A stretch of DNA of 64,000 nucleotides from contig JBBCGK010000001.1 in assembly GCA_037200965.1 (NCBI GenBank), forward strand, positions 896,001 through 960,000, in the 5' to 3' direction. This stretch comes from a bacterium. Its GTDB lineage: Bacteria > Patescibacteriota > Minisyncoccia > Phycocordibacterales > Phycocordibacteraceae. Both the position numbers and the translations under genes were made by a program. Of this stretch, positions 17,191 to 24,628 are shown in pieces; position 1 is the stretch's first letter, and every line of letters begins with the position of its first letter. Under the pieces are notes generated by a model. It worked only from the letters and a program-made list of their open reading frames with translations. It did not search any database and was not told where the DNA came from.

Positions 17191-18120
17191 ATGGCTAACC
17201 GACATCTTGCGCGCTCTGTCGTCCTCCAAACGCTCTTTGAGTGGGATACTACAGCTGCCTCAAGTGAAAGCGCGCACGAGACGCTCAAGAGAAATGTCGA
17301 AGAATTCGGCGGAGACGATGCCGATGCGCCGTTCATGTCGAAACTCCTCGACGGGGTGCTCGCCAAGCGGGACGACCTCGACCTCATCATCGCCAAGGCC
17401 GCTCCCGAATGGCCCCTCGAAAAGATCGCTCCCGTGGACCGTAACATTTTACGCCTCGGGCTTTTCGAGCTTCTCTTCGCCGACCGCACCCAGGTCCCGG
17501 CCAAGGTGGCCATAAACGAGGCGATAGAGCTCGCGAAGACGTTTGGAGGAGATTCCTCCGGGCGGTTCGTGAACGGGGTGCTCGGCGCCGTATACAAGGA
17601 GATAGGAGAGCCGGGCAAGGACGAAGTCAGCAAGAAAAAGCAGGTAAAATACGAAGATATTCCGCTCCAGCGGCTGGGCGGCGCGGTCGTCTATGCAAAG
17701 CACGAGGGCGAGTACTATCTCGCCCTCGTGCATGACGTGTTCGGGCATTGGACCCTTTCGAAGGGCAAGATCGGCGATACGCCGGAAACCGCGAATGAAA
17801 CGACCGAAGAAGGCACGGCGCGGAAAGTACGGGCGGAGATCGGCCTCGACGTAACGATCGAGGAGCAGGTCGGCGAGAACGAATACGTCGCGACGCATCC
17901 GGAGAATGGCAAGCTCCGAAAGCGCGTCACCTATTTCCTCGCGCGCGCGCAGTTCGAACCCCTCCAGCTTGAAGCGAACAAAGGGGGACTCGACGACGTC
18001 AAATGGTTCCGCCTCTCGGACATTCTTGACCTCAATTTCTACGATGATATGCTCCCCATCGTCACGAACGCCGTCCAGAAACTCCTCGACCGCGCCCGCG
18101 CCACTACTGTAAATGCCTGA
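17191..18120 (+). CDS. nusB: NusB antitermination factor fused to a C-terminal NUDIX-fold domain
   Basis: N-terminal NusB (MANRHLARSVVLQTLFEWD…RLGLFELLF…). C-terminal Nudix fold with a degenerate box GKIGDTPETANETTEEGTARKVRAEIGL. Overlaps rnc by 8 nt. Confidence 0.8.
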   Translation: MANRHLARSVVLQTLFEWDTTAASSESAHETLKRNVEEFGGDDADAPFMSKLLDGVLAKRDDLDLIIAKAAPEWPLEKIAPVDRNILRLGLFELLFADRTQVPAKVAINEAIELAKTFGGDSSGRFVNGVLGAVYKEIGEPGKDEVSKKKQVKYEDIPLQRLGGAVVYAKHEGEYYLALVHDVFGHWTLSKGKIGDTPETANETTEEGTARKVRAEIGLDVTIEEQVGENEYVATHPENGKLRKRVTYFLARAQFEPLQLEANKGGLDDVKWFRLSDILDLNFYDDMLPIVTNAVQKLLDRARATTVNA

Positions 18121-18802
18121 TTTCGCCTCCTTCGCCGCAAAACTCGGACTCAAATTCGAAAACCAGGCGCTTCTCATCGAAGCGCTGACGCACCGCTCGT
18201 ACCTCAATGAAAATCGGGGAACGGTCTCGAAGCATAACGAACGGCTCGAATTCCTCGGCGACGCGGTCCTCGAGCTCGCCGTCACGCATTTCCTCTATTT
18301 TCAATACCCGAACAAGCAGGAAGGCGAGCTCACGGCCTATCGCGCGGCGCTCGTGAACACGGTGTCGCTTGCAAGCCTCGCCGAGAAGCTTGGCGTGAAC
18401 GACTACCTGCTGCTCTCGAAAGGCGAAGCCAAAGATACCGGCCGCGCTCGCGCAATCATTCTTGCAAACGCGTTCGAAGCGCTCCTTGGCGCGGTGTATC
18501 TCGACCAGGGATACGAAGCGGCGGAGAAGTTCCTCGCGCTTAACCTCTATCCGCGCCTTGCGGGAGTGCTCGAGCAGGGAACCTGGCAGGACGCGAAGAG
18601 CCGCTTCCAGGAGGCTTCCCAGGAGCATAGGGGCGTCACGCCGACGTACCGGACCATTTCCGAAACGGGTCCCGACCACGCCCGCTCCTTCACGGTCGGC
18701 GTCTTTTTGCATGCTGAAGAGATAGGGCGCGGGGAAGGGAAATCAAAACAGGAGGCCGAGCAGGCCGCGGCGCAAAACGGCATTGACAAGATGGGGTGGT
18801 AG
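18113..18802 (+). CDS. rnc: ribonuclease III
   Basis: RNase III signature ERLEFLGDAVLEL plus a C-terminal dsRBD. Confidence 0.93.
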   Translation: MPDFASFAAKLGLKFENQALLIEALTHRSYLNENRGTVSKHNERLEFLGDAVLELAVTHFLYFQYPNKQEGELTAYRAALVNTVSLASLAEKLGVNDYLLLSKGEAKDTGRARAIILANAFEALLGAVYLDQGYEAAEKFLALNLYPRLAGVLEQGTWQDAKSRFQEASQEHRGVTPTYRTISETGPDHARSFTVGVFLHAEEIGRGEGKSKQEAEQAAAQNGIDKMGW

Positions 18803-18838
18803 AAGTATTATCCAGACAGGCCAAAGGAGATTGAGCAG

Positions 18839-19126
18839 ATGGCAGGAACAGGCGTTTCTTCCGAGAATCCGGGATTTATCCCGGATCAGAACTACACATT
18901 CGAACCGCCGGTGAAGACGAGATGCATCTCGACCGCTGGCGGCAGCGGCTGGACCGAAAAGGTTTTCGCCGAAGGGTGGTGCCTGAAGTTCGATCCGAGC
19001 ACGAAGATAGGCACCTTCCAGGGAATGCCTGTCGGAGAAGATGTCGAACACTTCTTCACCATCGAATTCGGCCCTGGGAGCGTGGCGAAAGAAGTCTCGC
19101 CGCCCCATCTCACGGTCGTGAAATAG
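18839..19126 (+). CDS. hypothetical protein (95 aa)
   Basis: aaggag Shine-Dalgarno sequence 8 nt upstream. No family recognised. Confidence 0.5.
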   Translation: MAGTGVSSENPGFIPDQNYTFEPPVKTRCISTAGGSGWTEKVFAEGWCLKFDPSTKIGTFQGMPVGEDVEHFFTIEFGPGSVAKEVSPPHLTVVK

Positions 19127-19154
19127 GACGGGCTCCTGTATATCCGTCCTCACA

Positions 19155-19190
19155 CAGCACTCGCGCCATGCGCGGGTGCTGTATACTTTT
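19155..19190 (+). terminator. hairpin plus U-tract between the 18839 gene and smc
   Basis: cagcactcgcgcc / gcgcgggtgctg, 12 bp with 1 mismatch, followed by tatacttttt. Overlaps the TATACT leaderless element of smc. Confidence 0.4.
19182..19187 (+). promoter_or_regulatory. -10-like TATACT placed 6 nt before the smc ATG (leaderless arrangement)
   Basis: TATACT-ttttat-ATG(19194). No Shine-Dalgarno sequence. Confidence 0.35.
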
Positions 19191-19193
19191 TAT

Positions 19194-22100
19194 ATGCTCA
19201 AGCGGCTCGAAATCGCCGGGTTCAAATCGTTCGCACGGAAGACCGTGCTCGATTTCTCGTCCTCGGTGACGTCGATCGTGGGGCCGAATGGATCTGGGAA
19301 GTGCGTGACGGGCGATACGCTCCTTGCGCGCCGGACGGCTTCGGGGGAAGCGGAAGACGTCGCGATCAAAGACATCCGTCGCGGCGACGAGGTACTCGCG
19401 CTTGACGAGGCGACGGGCGCTTTCGTGAGCGCCCGCGTGAACGCGCTCCTCGATTCGGGCACCAAAGACGTGTGTGAGCTTGTCACGGAAAGCGGCAAGC
19501 GCATTCGTACGACCGCGGAGCACCCTTATCTCGCCGCTCCGGAGGCCCGGCCAGTTCCCGAGCGTCCGCGCATCGGCGTGTTTATTGATAACTCGAATCT
19601 CTATCATGGGGCGCGAAAGGCCGGGTGGCAGATCGATTTTGGCAAGCTCCGCGCGCTGCTTGAAGCAAGCGCCGACCTTCGCATCATGCGCTATCACGTC
19701 GCGGTTCCGGAAGCCGGGGATCCCGCGCATGAAGCCGCGCGCAAGCATCTGCGGGCGGTCGCCCCGTACGTGACGGTGCTCGAAAAGCCGCTCAAGTATA
19801 TTGCCGGAAGCAACGGATCGGTCGTAAAGAAGGGAGATATCGACATCGACCTCGCCCTGGATGTCGTGCGGCATCTGCCGCTTCTCGACGTCGCGATAAT
19901 CGTGAGCGGGGACAGCGACTATCTGGGGCTTGAGCAGTACGTGCAGCGGCAAGGGAAAGCGGCCCTATTCCTCTCATTCAAGCGGTCGATGGCGTGGGAG
20001 TTGCGCTTGAAGCCGCATATCTTTGCGGAGCGCATCCGCCCGTGGATCGAGCGCAGAGGAACGCAAAACCCCGAGCTTTCGCTCGGGGCAGTGTTGGTAG
20101 CGCCAATTATACAGGCATCGCTCAAGCGCGCAAGCCCCGGGCGCGAGACCCGTGTGGATACTATCGGTTCATGGACTCGCGTCATGCATCTTGCTATCGG
20201 TTCGCGCATCGCGACGCTCTCTGCCTCCGGAGCGCTCACGTTTGAAGCAGTTGCGTCGATATCCGTTCTTCCCGCTGAACGGGTATATGACATTGAGGTG
20301 GAAGGAGTTCATAACTTCGTGGGAAACGGTATCGTCGCGCACAACAGCAACGTTGCCGAAGCTTTCCGCTTCGCGCTCGGGGAACAGTCGATGAAGTCGA
20401 TGCGCGGGAAACGAAGCGAAGACCTCATCTTTTCGGGCTCGCACACCGCACAGCGCTCAAACCGTGCCGCGGTCGCGGTCGTTTTCGATAATTCCCGCAA
20501 GCAATTCAAGCTCGACTTTAACGAGGTGGTGATCGAGCGCGCGGTATTTCGCGACGGGACGAGCGAATACTCGATCAACGGGTCGAAAGCGCGCCTTCGC
20601 GACATCCAGGAGCTTCTTGCAGGCGCCAATATCGGCGAGACCGGGCACCACATCATCTCCCAGGGCGAGGCCGATCGGATACTCGCGGCTTCAAGCGCCG
20701 ACCGGCGCGAAATGCTTGAGGAAGCGCTCGGGCTCAAGATTTTCGAATTCAAGAAGCAGGAGAGCGAGAAGAAACTCCAGAAGACCGAGGAGAATATCGG
20801 ACAGGTGGAGGCGCTCCGGAGGGAACTCGCGCCGCACTTGAAGTTCCTCGGGAAGCAGGTCGAGAAGCTCGAACGCGCGGAGGAAATGCGGCGCGAGCTC
20901 GGAGCCGCGGCGAGGACGTACCTCGCGATCGAGGATGCCTATCTTCGGGAAGAAAAGAAGCGTGCCGAAAGCGCGAAAGTCTCCGCGGCGGAGCGCCTTG
21001 CGAAAGCGTCCGCGGAACTTGCCGCGGTCACCGACCTCACGGCAAGCGACAGCGAAGCCCTGAAGCGCTTCGAAGCCGTACGGCAGTCGGAAGCTCTTGC
21101 CGAGCGGATTACCTCCTCGCGGGCCGAACTTGCGCGCGAGCTCGGGAAGACGGAAGGTGCGCTTGAGGGAGCAAAAAGGCGAAGCGCCGCAGTCGCCCGC
21201 GACCCGTACGCGAAGATACCGCGGGAAGACCTGACGGCTCTTCGGGACGAGGTTGAGCGGCAGGCCGAAGGCGCGGGAGAAGGTGTCGAGTCGCTGCGCG
21301 CCGCACTCGCCGCGATACGCTCGGCAACGCGCGCTTTCTTCGAGCGCTTCGCGGTTTCGGGTGCCGCGTACCTTGCGGAGGAGGAGCGCGAGACGTTCGC
21401 GCTTGAGGAAGAGCAGAAAAGGCTCGTCGCGAAAGACGCGGAGCTCGCTGCCGAGCTTGAAAAAGCGCGGGCGGCGCTTGCCCGAGCCCGCGAAGAAGCC
21501 CGCGCCCGCGAAGAGGCGGGGCGCGAAAGCCAGCACCGCACGCTGCAGGTCGCGGAGGCAAAGGCTTCCGCGGAGGCGGAGACGGAACGGTTCGGCGCGC
21601 GCCTTCGCGAGCTTGCCTTCCTTGCCGAAGAGCTCCAGAGGGACACGGCCGAAGTACTCGCGCTTGCGGGTGCCGAGGCCGTCTCGTACGCGCCCCTGTC
21701 GGAGCTTCCGCGGGAAGAGCGCCGGGCGCAGGAAGACCGCAAGCGCGCGCTTGAGCGCCTCAAGATACGGCTTGAGGAAGCGGGCGGCGGCGGGGAACAA
21801 ATACGCAGCGAATACAAGGAGGTCTCGGAGCGAGAGAGTTTCCTTGCGCGGGAGCTTGAGGATCTTGCGAAGTCGGCCGCAGGGCTTCGGGAACTCATAA
21901 CCGAGCTCGATACGGAACTCGGCAAGAGTTTCGCGGAGGGGCTTCAGAAGGTTAACGCGTCGTTCGGGGAATTCTTCGCGCTCATGTTCGGGGGCGGAAG
22001 CGCCCGGCTTGTGCTTGAAGAGCCCGAAGACGATGAAGAGGAAGACGAGGAACGCGAAACAAGCACGCCACGCAGGGAAATGCGTCCGGGGATCGAGATA

Positions 22101-22439
22101 TCGGTTGCCCTCCCGAAAAAGCGCGTGCAGTCGCTCATGCAGCTTTCAGGCGGCGAGCGGGCGCTCACGTCGATCGCGCTCATCTTTGCCATGAGCCAGG
22201 TGAATCCGCCGCCGTTTTTGATACTTGACGAGACGGACGCGGCCTTGGACGAGGCCAACAGCCGCCGCTACGGCGACATGATCGAGAACCTCTCGAAGAA
22301 ATCCCAGCTTATCGTCATCACGCATAACCGCGAGACCATGAGCAGGGCGGGCATCCTCTACGGCGTGACAATGTCGGGCGACGGCGTCTCGAAGCTCCTT
22401 TCGGTCAAATTCGACGAGGCGGTTGCGGTGGCGAAGTAA
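19194..22439 (+). CDS. smc: chromosome partition protein SMC, interrupted by an in-frame intein in the Walker A motif
   Basis: MLKRLEIAGFKSFA…GPNGSGK[intein]SNVAEAFRFALGEQS…; coiled coils; hinge; C-terminal LSGGERALTSIALIFA signature and Walker B ILDETDAALD. Confidence 0.93.
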   Translation: MLKRLEIAGFKSFARKTVLDFSSSVTSIVGPNGSGKCVTGDTLLARRTASGEAEDVAIKDIRRGDEVLALDEATGAFVSARVNALLDSGTKDVCELVTESGKRIRTTAEHPYLAAPEARPVPERPRIGVFIDNSNLYHGARKAGWQIDFGKLRALLEASADLRIMRYHVAVPEAGDPAHEAARKHLRAVAPYVTVLEKPLKYIAGSNGSVVKKGDIDIDLALDVVRHLPLLDVAIIVSGDSDYLGLEQYVQRQGKAALFLSFKRSMAWELRLKPHIFAERIRPWIERRGTQNPELSLGAVLVAPIIQASLKRASPGRETRVDTIGSWTRVMHLAIGSRIATLSASGALTFEAVASISVLPAERVYDIEVEGVHNFVGNGIVAHNSNVAEAFRFALGEQSMKSMRGKRSEDLIFSGSHTAQRSNRAAVAVVFDNSRKQFKLDFNEVVIERAVFRDGTSEYSINGSKARLRDIQELLAGANIGETGHHIISQGEADRILAASSADRREMLEEALGLKIFEFKKQESEKKLQKTEENIGQVEALRRELAPHLKFLGKQVEKLERAEEMRRELGAAARTYLAIEDAYLREEKKRAESAKVSAAERLAKASAELAAVTDLTASDSEALKRFEAVRQSEALAERITSSRAELARELGKTEGALEGAKRRSAAVARDPYAKIPREDLTALRDEVERQAEGAGEGVESLRAALAAIRSATRAFFERFAVSGAAYLAEEERETFALEEEQKRLVAKDAELAAELEKARAALARAREEARAREEAGRESQHRTLQVAEAKASAEAETERFGARLRELAFLAEELQRDTAEVLALAGAEAVSYAPLSELPREERRAQEDRKRALERLKIRLEEAGGGGEQIRSEYKEVSERESFLARELEDLAKSAAGLRELITELDTELGKSFAEGLQKVNASFGEFFALMFGGGSARLVLEEPEDDEEEDEERETSTPRREMRPGIEISVALPKKRVQSLMQLSGGERALTSIALIFAMSQVNPPPFLILDETDAALDEANSRRYGDMIENLSKKSQLIVITHNRETMSRAGILYGVTMSGDGVSKLLSVKFDEAVAVAK
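19302..20345 (+). other. intein (348 aa) inserted between K and S of the SMC P-loop GPNGSGK|SN; contains an internal NYN/LabA-like nuclease domain
   Basis: Hint block A CVTGDTLL, block B TTAEHPYLA, C-terminal blocks VYDIEVEGVHNFVGNGIVAHN with +1 Ser. Internal region (about 19569-19979): RIGVFIDNSNLY…KKGDIDIDLALD…IIVSGDSDY, matching NYN/LabA acidic motifs. Confidence 0.85.
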
Positions 22440-22450
22440 TCGTCTTCTAA

Positions 22451-23332
22451 TCAACACCTTGGCACCACCTCCTTGAGTACTTGTGCCGGGGTCAGGAGAT
22501 TCAGGCCGAAATGGTGCCGCTCCCGGTTGTACCAGGGGATGTATTTCTTCAGAGCCGCATTGAACGCTTCCGGACTTCTGCGCGCATGGTCGAGGCACTC
22601 CTCCTGAAGCGTGCGGTTGAATCGCTCGATATGCGCATTGTCGTTGGGTTTCCCGATGCGGGAATACCGGTGCTTCCTCCGGATGCGCTCGACGAACCAC
22701 GCCCCGAACTCGGGACCATGGTCGCTCTGGAGCATTTCGAAGCGGAAGGACGCTCTCCGCTGCGCCTCCTCGACGAAGCGCACGGCGGTCGCGGCATCCA
22801 TGCGCGCATAGGTCTTCGCGTACGCGGTGCGGGAATGCACGTCGATGAGGGTGAAGGTATACATCCGCTTCTTCAAATCGAGCATGGTGTGAATGGTGTC
22901 GATCTGGACGAGGGAACCGGGTTTCTCCGGCAGGGGGCGGTCGACCTGTGGGTGGTATCGCTTGTACGGGCTCCTCTTCTTGAGGAGGCCCATGCGGTCA
23001 AGCGTTCGCTTGATGGTGGAGAGTGAAATCACCACCCCTTCCTCCTCCAGTATGCGCTGAATGACTTCCGCGCTTCGCTTCGACTTGAGCCGGGTATGGA
23101 AGATCTTCCAGCGGAGTTCGTCTGAGAGCTGCCGGGGATGGCGCTTCGGACGCGACGAGCGCGTCGGTATCGGGTGGTATCCGATGCGTTCGGCCCTTCG
23201 CACCCATTTCATGACGGCGGTGTGATGGTACCCGAGATGCCGCCCGATCTTGCGCGCGCTCCAGCCTTGGCGGAAGAGATCCGCCGCTTCGCGGCGGATG
23301 CGGGGCATACGGGGGTTGGTGGTGTATGGCAT
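22451..23332 (-). CDS. IS481-like DDE transposase (HTH plus rve integrase core)
   Basis: …LVQIDTIHT…DHGPEF…NDNAHIERFNRTLQEE… rve-domain motifs. ATG at 23332 immediately inside the right inverted repeat. Confidence 0.8.
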   Translation of the reverse strand: MPYTTNPRMPRIRREAADLFRQGWSARKIGRHLGYHHTAVMKWVRRAERIGYHPIPTRSSRPKRHPRQLSDELRWKIFHTRLKSKRSAEVIQRILEEEGVVISLSTIKRTLDRMGLLKKRSPYKRYHPQVDRPLPEKPGSLVQIDTIHTMLDLKKRMYTFTLIDVHSRTAYAKTYARMDAATAVRFVEEAQRRASFRFEMLQSDHGPEFGAWFVERIRRKHRYSRIGKPNDNAHIERFNRTLQEECLDHARRSPEAFNAALKKYIPWYNRERHHFGLNLLTPAQVLKEVVPRC

Positions 23333-23363
23333 GCGACTTGGCTTAGTGGTGCCAAGGTATTGA
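22451..23363 (-). mobile_element. IS481-family-like insertion sequence (about 913 bp) with 18-bp terminal inverted repeats
   Basis: Left end tcaacaccttggcaccac (22451-22468); right end gtggtgccaaggtattga (23346-23363), 17/18 complementary. No clear target-site duplication seen. Confidence 0.6.
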
Positions 23364-23439
23364 ACCATTACGAGTAATTTGACACGTTTCCTCTTATAGA
23401 GTATTGTGCGCATAACGCATAGACGAAAAGGAGATTCGA

Positions 23440-23811
23440 ATGCGTAGCACATTCAAAGCGATAGTGGCAGCCGCGCTCATGCTTGCGCCTGTTGCTGCCG
23501 GGGCGGAGCCGGATTTCGCATATAACGAGAGAAGCCCGAGCGAGAAATGGCGAGACGAACACATCACCTTCGCCTACTTCGGGCGGGAAATCAAAGGCAC
23601 CGACTGGCTCGTCATCGGCCTCCATCCCGGAGACCGGAAGGTAACCGTCTCGCACCGGCATAAGATCTATCGCGACTGGGGCTATGCGGAAGTGTTTTCG
23701 CTATCAGTAGGCGACTCAATCTTCCTCGAGCCGTCTACTGCATATCCATTTGGTCAAAAGGCGAAGCTCGTAGAGTTCGATGGCTACACCAGCATGTTCT
23801 GGATCCATTGA
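23440..23811 (+). CDS. small secreted hypothetical protein (signal peptide)
   Basis: aaggag Shine-Dalgarno sequence 6 nt upstream. N-terminus MRSTFKAIVAAALMLAPVAAGAEPD. Confidence 0.55.
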   Translation: MRSTFKAIVAAALMLAPVAAGAEPDFAYNERSPSEKWRDEHITFAYFGREIKGTDWLVIGLHPGDRKVTVSHRHKIYRDWGYAEVFSLSVGDSIFLEPSTAYPFGQKAKLVEFDGYTSMFWIH

Positions 23812-23830
23812 GTTTCACCCCGTGAAGGGA

Positions 23831-23865
23831 GGTGCCCGGCACAGAAGGCCGGGCACTTTTCATTT
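23831..23865 (+). terminator. rho-independent terminator
   Basis: gtgcccggc / gccgggcac stem, loop acagaag, followed by ttttcatttt. Confidence 0.6.
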
Positions 23866-24105
23866 TGCGAGGCGGTCTCTTTCCTCGCGCTGCAGGCGGA
23901 AACGCTCCTTGCAGCTTTCGCAGCCTTCCGGTCCCTGCATCCCGAATATATGTCCGTACGCTTCTTCGAGCGCTGTTTCAAGAATGTCGCGTGGAAACTC
24001 GTCGCAGCACATAACGGTAGCGATCAGTATGCCCATATCGGGCTTAAGTTCCGGATGGGATTCGGCAAACGCTACGCGTCCAAGACGCCTGTCTTCCGGT
24101 GTCAT
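23860..24105 (-). CDS. hypothetical small protein (81 aa)
   Basis: ORF only; Cys-containing; no family recognised. Confidence 0.3.
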   Translation of the reverse strand: MTPEDRRLGRVAFAESHPELKPDMGILIATVMCCDEFPRDILETALEEAYGHIFGMQGPEGCESCKERFRLQREERDRLAK

Positions 24106-24207
24106 ATTGTATTTCTCCTTCAGTTCCTTACTCTATAACGCCGACAAAGAGACCTAAGATGTCATGTCGTTCATCGTTCCAACAGGAGCGCATGTTATAC
24201 TTCCTCC

Positions 24208-24423
24208 ATGCTTACGGCCGTATACAAGAAAGTCAGGAGCGGATACGTTGCCTGGATCGAGGAGGTGCCTGGCGTGCTGACGCAGGGAAAGTCGCGCGTC
24301 GAGGCGCGCGCGAATCTTGCTGATGCGCTTCGTGAATTCATCGCGGCGCGGCGTGACGCTACACGACGAAGCTCCGTACGTGGAAGCGCTCCCCTCAAGC
24401 GCGAGCGCATGGCGCTCGCATAG
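24208..24423 (+). CDS. hicB: HicB-family antitoxin
   Basis: …YVAWIEEVPGVLTQGKSRVEARANLADALREFI… HicB/UPF0150 pattern. TATACT-N6-ATG leaderless start. Confidence 0.6.
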   Translation: MLTAVYKKVRSGYVAWIEEVPGVLTQGKSRVEARANLADALREFIAARRDATRRSSVRGSAPLKRERMALA

Positions 24424-24432
24424 CTTTCCCCG

Positions 24433-24627
24433 ATGAAGCGCCGGGACCTGGAGCGGCATCTTTATGCGCAAGGTTGCCGTCTTGTACGGGAGGGCGCGAA
24501 GCATTCCGTATTTGAGAATCCTCCGCTTGGCGCGATGGCGACGGTACCGCGGCACGCCGAAGTCGACCCGTATCTCGCGCGAAAAATCTGCAAGGAGCTC
24601 GGCATTAAGGCACCACAAGGGCGTTAA
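24433..24627 (+). CDS. hicA: HicA-family mRNA interferase toxin
   Basis: MKRRDLERHLYAQGCRLVREGAKHSVFENP…TVPRHAEVDPYLARKICKELGI matches the HicA/YcfA fold consensus. Confidence 0.7.
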   Translation: MKRRDLERHLYAQGCRLVREGAKHSVFENPPLGAMATVPRHAEVDPYLARKICKELGIKAPQGR

Positions 24628-24628
24628 T

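Noticed and set aside
19176-19193. GTG-initiated N-terminal extension (MLYTFY) of smc from the ORF track
   Set aside because: SMC proteins start M-x-[IL]-K-x-L-x-[IL]-x-G-F-K-S. The ATG at 19194 gives exactly that and sits in the TATACT-N6-ATG arrangement.
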